The notes under the pieces are model-generated. The model was given only the letters and a program-made list of their open reading frames with translations, ran no database searches and was not told where the DNA came from. From NCBI GenBank assembly GCA_951406725.2, contig OX597835.1, forward strand, positions 17,050,001 to 17,114,000: a DNA stretch of 64,000 bases, read 5' to 3'. A program made the position numbers and the translations under genes. This document shows, in pieces, positions 40,262-54,555 of this stretch; the stretch's first letter is position 1, and every line of letters starts with the position of its first letter. The DNA is from Octopus vulgaris. Taxonomy: Eukaryota.

Positions 40262-40351
40262 ATGCAGCTGAAGATTGCTCTACATTTTAAAACTGATGTA
40301 ATATTTGCATTGTTCATTTAAATGGAGTCGCATGAATCGATCGTACTGCAT
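40262..40351 (+). ncRNA. Type-I hammerhead-like motif (A15.1U variant)
   Basis: ATGCAG-CTGAAGA-ttgc...gcat-GAAT-CGATCG-TA-CTGCAT: perfect 6-bp stem I, palindromic CGATCG stem III, GUA cleavage triplet. Confidence 0.65.
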
Positions 40352-40388
40352 CACCTCTGGATATCCTTGTTGCTTATTTTGATACACA

Positions 40389-40488
<100 letters not shown>

Positions 40489-40806
40489 TATACTTGTGTA
40501 ATTATGTGAAAGGAAGACACATTTTTACTTTAAGCAAATTATTCCTATTTTATAGAAATTTGTCATTGGTACTGGGACAGAAGCAATAGTTTGTCACTTG
40601 CAATTTAGGACGAAAATAAACTTCAATACTATTCTACATAGCTTATTAATCTTCTTCAGCCGCCGAACAAGACATTTTACTTCCTTCAAGTAATTGCCAT
40701 TTCTTTTCTCACTGTCTCAACCTCCAATAATCTTATACCCATTATCCTCCCTAAACTTTGACAAGCCCAACACTATCTATCCTACTCTCTTATTCATCTC
40801 CCAATT

Positions 40807-40807
<1 letters not shown>

Positions 40808-40852
<45 letters not shown>

Positions 40853-40855
40853 TAT

Positions 40856-40890
<35 letters not shown>

Positions 40891-40963
40891 TCACTACCAC
40901 CACCACCATCACCTCCACTACCACCACCACACCACCACCACCACCACCACCACCACCACCACC

Positions 40964-41001
<38 letters not shown>

Positions 41002-41040
41002 GACTACTACTACCACCACCACTACCACCACCACTACTAT

Positions 41041-41082
<42 letters not shown>

Positions 41083-41272
41083 GACTACTACTACCACCAC
41101 CACCACCACCACCACTACCACCACCACCACCACCACCACCACTACTACTACTACTACTACCACCACCACCACCACCACTACCACCACCACCACCACCACC
41201 ACCACCACCACCACCACCACCACCACCACCACCACTACTACCACCACCACCACCACCACCACCACCACCACC

Positions 41273-41306
<34 letters not shown>

Positions 41307-41322
41307 GTACTACTACTACTAC
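40808..41322. repeat. (TAC)n/(CAC)n trinucleotide array, ~510 bp
   Basis: Direct reading; source of the poly-T/P/G/V ORFs. Confidence 0.97.
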
Positions 41323-41898
41323 TTAGTACCCTCATTATTGACTCCTCATTCTTCCTGAAGTATCCTTTCTCCTCACACCATATCCTGTCTTAATATTCCC
41401 CATAACCCTACTGACCTTCTTAATTCCCCCCCCCCCCCGCTCCACCACCCGCTATGATACAGTTAGCTCTCCGCATTTAAACATTCCATCTTTCAACTTA
41501 AGTTGTGAAATGTATGATCTTCTCTACGCTGGTGACAGAGGCTCGTCTTATCCAATGTTAATTGTATCCATACAGTCTGCATTTTGTGGTGAACTACATA
41601 TGCCGACATTATTATGGATCTCCGGGACCCCAGAAACAGCTGTCGGACTTATAACGCCTATCTTCCACCCCTTTAATTTTCCCTGTCGTTTGTACTCTGT
41701 ATAAGTTTGACCTATTAATATAAATACCTATATATTTATACATAAACATTCATCGTCTGAAAGTTTCCATCTTTTGATTTTCTCCTTCGGCATGTATGTA
41801 TATATAGACATATTTAGTATTTCATACCTAAATTATTATATTTAATATGCTTAATTTGTTTATCGGCAAAATTGCCCCTGTGTGTGTATATACATATA

Positions 41899-42338
41899 CA
41901 GTAATCTCTTGCTATATCGCGGTTTACCTATCACGGTTTGTTATTTTAAGCTTACGGCGAATCCTCTGTGGTATTGTTTTGCATTTATAATAAAATAAAT
42001 ATATAGAAATTATAAAAATAATCTTTTGTATTCTGGGCACAAAGCCTGAAATTATTTGGGGGAGATCGACCCCAGTATGCAACTAGTACTTAATTTATCG
42101 ACTCCGAAAGGATAAAAGGCAAAGTCGACCTCGGCGGAATTTGAACTCAGAACATAACGGCAGACGAAATACGGCTACGTATTTCGCTCGGCGTGCTAAC
42201 GTTTCTGCCAGCTCGCTGCCTTATATTATAAAAATATAAGAAACAAATATACTGTTTCTACTTCGAGGATTTTCACCTATCACGGGGTTGGGGGTTGGGT
42301 GGTGGAACGCAACAGCCGCGATAGTCGAGGGATTATCG
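41899..42338. mobile_element. Pogo/Tigger-type MITE interrupted by a SINE
   Basis: TA|CAGTAATCTCTTGCTATATCGCGG ... CCGCGATAGTCGAGGGATTATCG|TA: degenerate TIRs with TA flanks; internal acctatcacgg occurs twice. Confidence 0.65.
42021..42224 (-). mobile_element. SINE family B nested in the MITE
   Basis: Reverse complement of the family B head and body; 12-bp TSD ATTATAAAAATA at 42009-42020 and 42225-42236. Confidence 0.88.
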
Positions 42339-42352
42339 TATATATATAATCA

Positions 42353-42394
<42 letters not shown>

Positions 42395-42814
42395 CTCCAT
42401 ATCTCTTCCTGTGACATATCTCCCGCGCTTTTATATCATATTCATTTGTTACTTCTCCCTCTCTTTTTCTCTCTCTATCACTCTCCTCCTTTAAACTCAT
42501 TCTCGTTTCATTTCTCCGTTTCCCCCTCTCCTCTCTCTCTCTCCCCAGCTCTCCCTCGCTCGCTCAAACTTTCTTTGTCGCCCTCTCTCTCTCTTTCTCC
42601 TCATACTATATTTTACTTTTAAAACACATTCACTGACTGCTTTTCTAACACACACTCACACATAAAGGTACAAACAGACACATGCACACACTATCACCAT
42701 ATCTCTCTCCTTCCTTCTCTCTCTCTCTCACTCTCTCACTTTCTCTACCTCTCTGTCGCTCCTTATCCATGTGTATATGTATCTGGATATGTATGTTCAT
42801 GTGTTTACCCCTCC

Positions 42815-42863
<49 letters not shown>

Positions 42864-42992
42864 ATGTATGTATGTATATATATATCTTTATCTATATATA
42901 TATATATATATATATATTGCAAATTAAAACTGTCACCTCGTAAGATTACCTGCACAATTATATATTGCAATTAGCAAGGAAAGAGTGTATTT

Positions 42993-43040
<48 letters not shown>

Positions 43041-43139
43041 AATAACTCTATGTATCAGATTTTACTGTAGGAGAACAAAACAGAAGATGAAGAGAAATCC
43101 GAGAAACAGTTTAAAAGAAAAACACATAACACTGTGGCT

Positions 43140-43791
43140 CGATAGAGAAGTAAGTAAGGCGTTTAGAAAGGTAGATAGATAGCTAGATGATTGAAATAGA
43201 TAGAACTTAGTAGATTGATTGAGAAATAGATTGATAGATACAGTTATACATAAAGTGATAGCTAGCTAGTTAACTAGATTGATAAATTGATCGATTGGTA
43301 GGTAAACAGATAGATGCATAGATTGTTAGGCAGACAGGCAAAGAAGCAGATTGCTTGCTAGTTGGAAAGATATATTGATGGATAAATTTGTAAAAATGAA
43401 TAGACTGATAGAGCGATAGATAGAATGATGGATATATTGATAGATAGATACACTGCTAGATTAGTAGAAAGATAACTAGATTGATTGAAACAGATAGATG
43501 CATGGAGGAATTAACAGATGGATAAACTGATAGTTTCAGAAATTGAGAGAAAGGTCGGTAGACAGAATGATCGATAGATTGATAAAATAATGAATAAAAT
43601 GCTGAATTGACATATTGGTTTCAAAAGTTGGCGCAAGGCCAGCAATTTCGGGGGAGGTGCTAATTCGATTAAATCGACCTCAAAAGTTCAGCTAGTACTT
43701 ATATTATCGACTCTGAAAGGATGAATGGCAATGTTGACCTCGGCGGCATTTGAACTCAGAACAGTTAAATGGAGATATGGAGAGTGATATC

Positions 43792-43880
<89 letters not shown>

Positions 43881-43883
43881 GTA

Positions 43884-43938
<55 letters not shown>

Positions 43939-44450
43939 TTATCTATCTATATATCTATATATCTATAGAAAGATATGTAAATAGATTGATAGATACCCAG
44001 TTGGAGAGAGAAATAGACAGACTGATAGGTTAATAGATTAATGGATCAATGAGTACACAGGCAGATTGACGTACAGAATTATAGCTGCGATCAAATATGA
44101 ATAAATACATAGATAGCCCGATAGACAGATAGATAGATAAATATATAGATATGGCGATAAGTATTTGATTGAATTTTCTTGTAGTTCGCCCATTACATAG
44201 ACATAGATAGTTTCGTAGAAAGACGGCAGACAGGAACCAAAGTTATAGAGAAATACGGTAAACGGTTGTAAAAGAAGCATAAAATTCCATAGAGAGGTAG
44301 ACGAGGTAAGCTGATAGATAGATATTGGTAAATAGAATAATATACAAATTGATAGGTTAGCTTCGTAGGTAAAGAGATAAATTAAAAGATAAAATAATAA
44401 ATAGAATTATAGGTAGATATATAGATATATTGAGGGGTAGATAGAATGGT
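43140..44450. repeat. Ancient decayed (GATA)n-derived region containing a degenerate SINE B (43620-43765, minus)
   Basis: Dense gatag/ataga motifs; tcgacctcaaaag...gacctcggcggcatttgaactcagaac. Confidence 0.7.
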
Positions 44451-44804
44451 GTCCCGTGCAGCGCTTTTACAATTCCGCCATTTTGCATATATATATATAC
44501 ATACCTGTGTATGTAGTGGATAGTTAGAAAGATAACCTGTTAGATAAATAAATATTTAGTTAGTTCAGTGCATATATTGAAAGATACACACCCCTTATAT
44601 ATACATATATACATATATGTATATCTATATAAGTAATATATATACGTATATGCATGTAACTATGTATGTAGACATATCTATCTATTTATATGTATATATC
44701 TGTGTGTGTATGTGTGTGTGTACTTGTAGGAGAGCGCAGCAATATACAGATAAATCACAGGCATCTTTTGACAAATACTTAGTTTAATAATAATAATAAT
44801 AATG

Positions 44805-44882
<78 letters not shown>

Positions 44883-44892
44883 TTTTATACTG

Positions 44893-45099
44893 TAGGCACA
44901 AGGCTCAAAATTTTGGGGGAGTGGGGAGCCAGTCGATTAGACAGAGTCCAGTGTGCAGCTGGTACTTAATTTATCAACCCCGAAAGAATGAAGGGCAAAG
45001 TCGGTCTCGGCGGAATTTGAACTCCGAACGTAGTGGCAGACGAAATGCCGCTAATAATTTCGCCTGGCGTGCTAACGATTCTGCAATCTCACTGCCTTA
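44893..45099 (-). mobile_element. SINE family B between (TAA)n tracts
   Basis: ggcacaaggc...ggtacttaatttatcaaccccgaaag...ctcggcggaatttgaactc...gtgctaacgattctgc. Confidence 0.85.
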
Positions 45100-45144
45100 A
45101 TAATAATAATGATAGTAGTAGTAATATTAGTAATAGTAGTAATG

Positions 45145-45213
<69 letters not shown>

Positions 45214-45760
45214 GAAATAAAATAAAAACAACAACCTGTTGTTAAGACTACGAACGGAACAGGCCCCAAAATAAAAAATAAATAAAAGACAAGAGAAAAA
45301 GAAAACGCAAAAAAAAAACCTCGCAAAACAATTACCAAAAACAGAAACAAACAAAAAAAAAAAATGAAAACAGCAAAAAGGAAAACCTAGCGGACGCCAT
45401 TCCTAATTATTGCAAATTCCGACCTTTGATACTGTTCGCTGTCTGTTTAGGTATTTAGATCTTAGTCTGATATTTGTTTTATAGTGTTGTTTGTTGTTTG
45501 TGATATGTTTGTTGTTGTTTTTGTTGTGGAAAAAAAAAAAGAAAAGCAGAGCTGTTTTAGGCTGTGTTTGATATCAATCAGACCTTCAATATGTCTATCG
45601 ATCTGTTTCCGTGTCTATAGACGAAGGAGAAATTCCTCGTTTATAATTGCTTGGTTAGGCATCGATTTTATCGAAAAGATCTCCATCTTTCACAACGAAT
45701 TAAGAATTATATATATGTATATATATACACATATTTATATTATATATATATATATACATA

Positions 45761-45842
<82 letters not shown>

Positions 45843-46025
45843 GTACATGTTAATATAAAAATAAATGAAAGGACGAAATAAAAATAAAAAAATAAAAGAA
45901 AAAAGAAGGAAAGAATAACTTTGGAGGAAAATGCAATCGACAGAGTTTATATTCATACACATGTGTGCATGCTTGTGCGCGTATATATATATATATATCT
46001 GTATACATATATATATATGTATATG

Positions 46026-46092
<67 letters not shown>

Positions 46093-46842
46093 GTGTGTGT
46101 CTGTGTATCTGTGTGTGTCTGTGTGTGTCAGTGTGTGCGCTTGTATGTATTTGTTTCTCGTGATTTTTCTGTTTCTGAGAACGTAACGCCATTTTGTCAG
46201 GAATACTTCTAAACAGATTTCGTAAACAATTGTTAAATCATGCGAAAAGTTCCGTTTTTGTTTTATAGTGTACACACACACATACATATATATATATATG
46301 TTTCTGTGCATTTTATAAATATTTATTATATAACACGACAAAAACAACACAACCAAAAAAAAAATAACAACAACCAACAAATTTTAATTAAACAAAGACA
46401 TCTAACGTAAACGATTCAAAATGGCGACATTAGATTTTTCGTTAGTTTTCTTTTTTTGCTATTGAAATTTTAATCTAAATTATGATTAGCCTTCAGCATT
46501 TCAACATGACGTTGTAACAATGTTTGTATAAGTTATTGAAAAATGCAGAGAGGCGCTTTATCAGAATCGGTTATGCCTCGGACCATATGCTTAGCAGAAG
46601 TTATTTTTATGGTTATTGTTCAGCCGCAGGTCAGCCCTGTTCCAGCGAAGACATTTATATATTTGATTGACTTGAGAGAAAATAGCGATCATTTCTGCAT
46701 CAGTATACACACTTCTGTCTTATGTGTGCTTATAAATACTTATGAGCCAATAAAGCTGGCTTGAGCTGCTAGAAATAGCAACCAAGTCTCCATCGTACGG
46801 TCTTTTGTATGTATATAACTACATATGCACGTGTATATGTGA

Positions 46843-47100
46843 GGGCGCATGACGTAGAGGTTAGAGCGTTGCTCTAATGATTGCTAGGTAGTGGAATCGA
46901 TTCAGAGACCGAGAGGTACGTTCTGTTCTTGAGCAAAGCACATCATCTCGCGCTGCACTGAGATCATTTCGACATCTGATGTGTGGCTCATCGAACACCT
47001 GTACAGGTAATGTGAAATTTGGTGGAGGGAGTGAGCTAATGTATTATACAATATAGTCGTTTGATCACATTAAACAAATCATATATGGAGGTTTCAGTCA
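46843..47100 (+). mobile_element. Diverged tRNA-derived SINE, family D
   Basis: ggcgcatgacgtagaggttagagcgttg...aatcgattc...gttcttgagcaaagcacatcatctc. Relatives at 51416-51524, 51860-51965, 59446-59540 (minus) and 60430-60560. Confidence 0.6.
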
Positions 47101-47347
47101 AAAATTTGCAGGACTGTCTTTGTCGAACTATGCGAGGCTACCACATATATATGCGTGTATGTGCGTGTGTGTGTGTGTATGTGTGTGTGTGTGTGTATTA
47201 AATAGCCAAAGAAGGACACCGTTAAATGTTAGCAAATCTTGAGAAAAGAGGAGGTTGACAGTCAGTGAAATCGAATCACACACACAAACACACACTCACA
47301 CACAGGTATAAATGCGCATTCATACATATATCTATTTATGTATATGA

Positions 47348-47431
<84 letters not shown>

Positions 47432-47668
47432 TTATATATGTGTATCCATAAATGCGTACAGACATACAAACGTACACACAAACACATACATGCACACACA
47501 CAAACCCATTCGTATACATGTATCCATCTTCATATCTACATATACGTATGAACAAGAAACTTGATCTCTACATTGCATCTTTACTTGACAGAAATAGCAT
47601 GCCCATCTCCTTCAAGTGACACCTTACCGTTATATATATAGGTGTTATATATACCGTTATATATACCG

Positions 47669-47725
<57 letters not shown>

Positions 47726-47732
47726 GCCGCTA

Positions 47733-47928
47733 TGATTGATCGCCAGCTCCAAAAGATATTTTATTCTGTCTCTGTTAATTTCATCGTGTTCCTTTCTGTT
47801 GAAGAGCGTAGGCGCGAAACGTAAAAGGCTTTCTCACACTCCTTAGCGTTAAACCAAAAAAAAAACACCTGTTTGTTGTTTATACACCTGTCTGTCTTTC
47901 GTCTTTTGTTTTTCTGTAAATTTCATCT
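47733..47928 (+). mobile_element. Family H1 hammerhead-bearing element, second copy
   Basis: CCTTT-CTGTTGA-a-GAGC-gtag-GCGC-GAAACGTA-AAAGG at 47791-47828 (5-bp stem I); flanked by (TA)n. Confidence 0.65.
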
Positions 47929-47959
<31 letters not shown>

Positions 47960-48119
47960 GTTAATCAAAACAAGAAAGCACAAAAAAACACAACAACGCG
48001 AGGACGTGGAACGAATATAGTATTATTGGACGCTCAGGAAAGAAGGAAAGAAGGAGGGTCTAACGTTTCGAGCGGAGCTCTTCGTCGGAAACATAGAAGG
48101 AAAGATCCAGAGAAGGGAA

Positions 48120-48122
<3 letters not shown>
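47960..48122 (-). mobile_element. Family H2 hammerhead-bearing element
   Basis: Minus strand gttt-CCGACGA-a-GAGC-tcc-GCTC-GAAACGTT-agac at 48058-48092; downstream ttcctgagcgtccaataatac resembles the H1 tail; flanked by (TA)n. Confidence 0.65.
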
Positions 48123-48169
<47 letters not shown>

Positions 48170-48739
48170 TAGTGTCGATATATTGTCACTAAAGAGACTA
48201 TGGGTGCAAATCAGCAGCAGCATTGCCAGAAATACGTGTTAAAATAAATCTTAGCCACGTAACAAGGCACTTATCTTTCGACTAACAAGGGAGACAACCT
48301 CTCTACAGCAAGCATGAGTGGCAGGTCGTCGAAAATTTCCAGTTGAATTGATCCTCATCAGTGAAACTTATTCTGTTGCTTGAGTTAAAGTGTCAGTAAA
48401 TTGTGACAAGCCACCATAATAAACCCCACCTCTGTCTGTCTGTCTGTCTATATACTTTCCTCTCTCTTTGTCTCTCTCTCTAAATTATATCTCCCTTCTT
48501 TTCTCTTACTCTCTCTCTCGAATGCTTTTAGTTTCCATATATCACTATTTCAATTTCTCATTGGTCTCCCTCTGTTTCCCTGCTTGTAACTGTCTTCCTC
48601 ACAGTCTCTCTTGATTTCTCTCTCTATGTCTTTATATCACCCCACCTTGCTTCTCTCCATTTTCTGTCTGCACCTCTCTCTCTCTCTCTCTCTTTTATTC
48701 TCCCTATCTCTTATATTGTCTCTCTCGCTGTCACTCCCT

Positions 48740-49117
48740 CTCTCTCTCTCTATATATATATATATGTATATATATATATAGCGTTATATCTATCTCTCTT
48801 CCAGTCTCCCCACTCCCTGTCTCTCTATTGCGCTCTCTCCTTCCCTCTTTTAATTTCTCTCTCTCTCTCTATGTGTCACTCTCTCTGTTTCCCCTACCTT
48901 CTCTGCTTTCGTCTCTCCCTTCCTCTGTTCCCCTCTCTCTCCCTGTTTCACTCTTTCATCCAATCTTTCCATCTCTCCCTTTTGTTTAACTCTCCTTCTC
49001 TTTTCCTTTGTCTCATTCTCTATCATTTTCCCTATCTGTCTGTCTGTCTCTCTTTCTATTTCTCTCTGTTTCCGTCTGTCTGGTTTCGTCTGTCTATCTC
49101 TTTCTCTACCCCTCTCT

Positions 49118-49150
<33 letters not shown>

Positions 49151-49510
49151 GTGTGTATATATATATATATAGCGTTATATCTATCTCTCTTCCAGTCTCC
49201 CCACTCCCTTTCTCTGTATTGCGCTCTCCCCTTCCCTCTTTTAATCTCTCTCTCTCTCTCTCTCTCTATGTACCACTCTCTCTGTTTCCCCTACCTTCTC
49301 TGCTTTCGTCACTCCATTCTTTCCATCTCTCCCTTTGTTTAACTCTCCTTCTCTTTTCCTTTGTCTCATTCTCTCTTTTTCCCCATCTGTCTGTCTGTCT
49401 GTCTCTCTTTCTATTTCTCTCTGTTTCCGTCTGTCTGTCTGTCTCTGTCTGGTTTCGTCTGTCTATCTCTTTCTCAGCTCCTCTCTCCCTCCCTATATAT
49501 ATATATATAT
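48740..49510. repeat. Tandem duplication of a ~390-bp pyrimidine-rich unit
   Basis: agcgttatatctatctctcttccagtctccccactccc begins at 48780 and 49171; downstream blocks are also duplicated. Confidence 0.88.
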
Positions 49511-49952
49511 CTTTCTCTAGCTCACTTCGAACGCCATTGTTTATATAAAACCCACAATCATTATATCAGGCAATACTTTTGTAGCGTTCATTTCGCTTCA
49601 CTGGTTTCAACACAAATATATATGTTTCATCGACCACAGCTCTTCTCCATCGCCGTCATTACACATTAAATAACATTTTCACTCAGTAATATCTCATTTA
49701 TTCGAGGAAACAATATGCCAACCCCTCGCTAGTTTTTGGATTAATTTCATCACACTCGCATTCTATCGAACACAAGCATTTAAATCGACTATGGAGTTCC
49801 ATACATTTTGCAAGCATACATTGATGCATCCATACATACAAAAACACATTAATATGTATATATACATACCGATACATATATACATACATACACACATACA
49901 TACATACATACATACATACATACATACATACATACGTACATACATACATACA

Positions 49953-49986
<34 letters not shown>

Positions 49987-50245
49987 CATACATACATACA
50001 TACATACATGTATACTTACACAAACAGATAATGCATTTACATACATACTCATGTATGTGCATGTGTGTGTGTGTGTTAGTGTGTTTGTGTGTGTGCCTGT
50101 GGGTGTGTGTATGTGTGTCCATATCTGCGTATGATGTGCTTGGATGTGTTTTTTTAGATATATAAATATATAAATCCATACATTTGCATATGTGTTTGTG
50201 TGTTTTTGTTTCAGCACACAATCTATCTATCTATCTATCTATCTA

Positions 50246-50323
<78 letters not shown>

Positions 50324-50340
50324 CGTTCGTCCGTCCGTCC

Positions 50341-50391
<51 letters not shown>

Positions 50392-50447
50392 CATCTATCT
50401 ATCAGTCTATCTGGCTCAAACTCCCCCCACTTCTCTCTCTCTTTATA

Positions 50448-50490
<43 letters not shown>

Positions 50491-51546
50491 CAGATAGAAA
50501 CATATAACTACATACACACAGGTGCACAAATATATAGAGAAGTGAGAGAAATGAGAAAGACAGCCAAAAGGGAATGAGAAAATTAAAAAAAAACTAGTCG
50601 GAAGAGAAGCGCACAGCAGAGAGAAGAGATGGTCAATGGCGTAGTGTGTAAATATATCTATCTGTATTTCTGAATCTGATCCTATATTGGTGTGTGAGCC
50701 TGCGTGCGTGCGTGTGTGTCTGTGTGTGTCTGTGTGTGTTTGTGCGTGTATGGTGTTTGATGGGGTCGGTGGCTAACGTCAATCATTCATTAAGAAGCGA
50801 AACTAGAAAATGATATATTAGAAGCTCAGCCATTGTTGCACGTGACTTGATAAACATCAGCTTTCGTCAGATGAATATTAAAGCAGTTCGATGCCTGTTC
50901 TATCATGCATTATTGCTAGCAGCAACTGTTGGTGAAACTGTCAAAATTCCCAAGGTAATTAGCACTGTAGTGTTAATGAAATGACTGAAGTAGCTGCGAA
51001 CGGAAATGCGAAATTGGGTTGTAGACACACATAACACAAAGCTTAGCTCCATTGTACAATGTTGGCGATTTTGTTTCTCTAAATGAGAGACTGTCAGATG
51101 TTTGAAGGCAGTCATGGGAACAAGGAAACGAAGGGGAGGGGCTTGAAGATGATGCCTAGGCTTGCTAGAATTAGCAGCTAACTATATTCAAAATTGCATA
51201 GTAGCGTTAGAGAAAAGAGAAAGCTATATTTCATAAAGTACTCCTCGTATCAAACTGTAGAGGAACTGGTGGATTTTGGAAATAAAGTGAGTATAGTACT
51301 TAATGTGTGTGTGCTTGTGTGCGCGCGCATTCTGTGTGTTGTTTTACGTGTGATTGAAGATAAGGCAATATGTGTGTGTGTATGTGTGTGTGTGTGTGTG
51401 TTTGTGTGTGTGTGAAGGTGCATGGCTTAGCGTCGAACTCACGATCATGAGGTAGTGAGATCAGATTCCCGCACCGGGCTCTGTGATGTGTTCTTCAGCA
51501 AGACACTTTATTTCACTTTGCTCCATATATATATATATATATATGT

Positions 51547-51706
51547 TCGACGAACATCTTTCAGTTTCCGTCTAGCAAATCCACACACAAGGCTTTGGTC
51601 AACCCGAGGCTATAGTAGAAGACATTTGCCCAAGGTGCCACGCAGTGGGACGAACTCGAAACCATGTGGTTGGGAAGCAAGTTTCTTACCACACAGCCAC
51701 TCCTGC
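51547..51706 (-). mobile_element. SINE family C 5' half
   Basis: tttcagtttccgtctagcaaatccacacacaaggctttggtc...cttaccacacagccactcctgc. Confidence 0.88.
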
Positions 51707-51728
51707 TTATGTTTGTATACATGCAATC

Positions 51729-51761
<33 letters not shown>

Positions 51762-52419
51762 TGTATGTATGTATGTATGTATGTATGTATGTATGTATGT
51801 ATGTATGTATGTATGTATGTATGTATGTATATGCATGGGTAGGTGTGTTACATTAGTGAAGTGGAGGTTAGTGTGTTAAACTCATGATCGTAGGATTATG
51901 GTTTCGATTCCTGGACCAGGCAAAACACATCACTTCATGTTGCTCCTATCCACCCAGCTGGCAATAGTGGAGAATGTATACGCCATGGAAACCAGGAAAC
52001 GAGCCCTTTTGAGTGGGTAAAACTCAAAAAGTTACCCTCTACCTTCTTCTCTAACATTAATGATAAATGCAAAAATCATTTAAGGACCCGACAAAGACCC
52101 AGGTCGCTTGCTCGTAAAGTGGTTCTTTTGCATTGTTTAGGTAAAACGATAGTTATTACTCGCCAGTCTCTCTCTATATATAACTAAAGAATTCCGTGAC
52201 CTTGATCTATTAGCGAGAGATGTAAGGTCTTGGATAGGTTTTAGACTATAAACTCAGATAATAAAGAATTGGTATGTTTAAGCATTTATATATGTAGGCG
52301 TTTGTGTGTGAGTGTGCACATGTACCTGTGCGTGTGTTGTACCTATATACAAATTTATATATCCAATATTATATGTATATATATATACACGTGTTTGTGT
52401 ATCAATATATATATATATA

Positions 52420-52479
52420 TGTATGTATGTATATGTGTATATATGCACACAAAACCATAAAACAGGGCGAACAACCAAT

Positions 52480-52577
<98 letters not shown>

Positions 52578-52708
52578 GGTATATATGCACACACAACCAT
52601 AAAACAGGGCGAACAACCAATTACACACACACACATATATTATATATATATATATATGTATGTATGGGTATATATGCACACACAACCATAAAACAGGGCG
52701 AACAACCA

Positions 52709-52779
<71 letters not shown>

Positions 52780-52845
52780 ATATATATATGTATGTATGGG
52801 TATATATGCATACACAACCATAAAACAGGGCGAACAACCAATAAC
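52420..52845. repeat. Four-copy tandem repeat: invariant 27-bp core separated by variable microsatellite spacers
   Basis: AACCATAAAACAGGGCGAACAACCAAT at 52453, 52595, 52684 and 52816. Confidence 0.93.
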
Positions 52846-53442
52846 AGCGAAAATGGTAGCACGGAGAACTCTTCCATCAATATTGCCATCTGCATCACCG
52901 CTACCATCAAACCCCCGACACTAGAACAATCACCACCACCACCACCACCACCACCACCACCACCATCACCACCACAGACACAACATAGACAATATGGAGT
53001 TTCTGTAATTATTATTAATGGCAGGAATTGAATGAAAATTAATATCAGTTTCACTTTTACAATAATATATTGATTCATAATGGACCTTATTGGCTGTAAT
53101 ATTGTTTATTTGTTGTTGGTGTTGTTGTTTTTATTGTTATTGTTGTCATGTTAGTGATGTTGTAGTTGTTGTAGCCGCTGTAGTTATTGCAACTATTGTC
53201 TGCAATTATTTGTGTTGTAACTGTTATTGTTGAATTTATTAGTAATCTGTAATGTTTCCTCACAGTTTCACACACACACACACACACGCACACACACACA
53301 CACACACACACGCACACACAGATACAAATATACCCATTCAATTATACACAGATATACACTCATATATCCACATGCATACAGATACACATACACACATATG
53401 TATAAGTATGTATGTATGTATGTATGTATGTATGTATGTATG

Positions 53443-53496
<54 letters not shown>

Positions 53497-53603
53497 CATG
53501 CACACAAATAAATATATATATCTATATATAAGATGCATATAGTAGTGTATATGATACAATTATATGTAAATATAGCTAAAATATTTGAAACTATGCATGT
53601 TTC

Positions 53604-53638
<35 letters not shown>

Positions 53639-53676
53639 TTACGTGTATGCATATACATACCAATATATGTATATAA

Positions 53677-53725
<49 letters not shown>

Positions 53726-53837
53726 CATATATATATATATACATATTTATATGTGTGTATATACATACCTATACGTACATATTTCCATACGTAGTATATA
53801 TATATATACCAATAAAATATATCATATATTGTATATA

Positions 53838-53978
<141 letters not shown>

Positions 53979-54254
53979 CAAAACAGTTATCTATCAACAA
54001 AGCACGTCTACGTACGTGTATGTATGTACTTGTGTGTATTAGTTTGTATATAGTTCTGTGTATGAATCTCTTCGGTTCTCTATGCATCTGCTTGTATCCT
54101 TGTGTGTAAATGCCTATCTGTATGTCAGCGATATCAATAGTCTCACAACGACGGCCAGCCCCACCAAACTTTGGTATTTCGTGTCGGCCATATTGGATAT
54201 TTATTTGTGTATTTAATTAGAATTCCCTACTCGCAGCTTTTCACTTAGCTGCAG

Positions 54255-54308
<54 letters not shown>

Positions 54309-54508
54309 TATATATATGTGTGTGCGTACATATATGTAATATATACGTATGTATGTATATATATATGTCTCTTTATACGTATATTCAGATTAGGTATAGC
54401 ATGTATATATACACACTATCAACCAAATACATACGCTCATAGTCATATGCTAATATATATCTATATCTATCTCTATATGTATGTAGATAGATATATGACC
54501 ATATAGAC

Positions 54509-54555
<47 letters not shown>

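Noticed and set aside
40694-41393. Mucin- or extensin-like poly-Thr/poly-Pro ORFs (also 1666, 19674, 20117)
   Set aside because: Pure (CAC/TAC)n repeats open in several frames; no splice or domain support.
52453-52842. CRISPR-like repeat-spacer appearance
   Set aside because: Spacers are microsatellites of very unequal length, the context is eukaryotic, and there are no cas genes.
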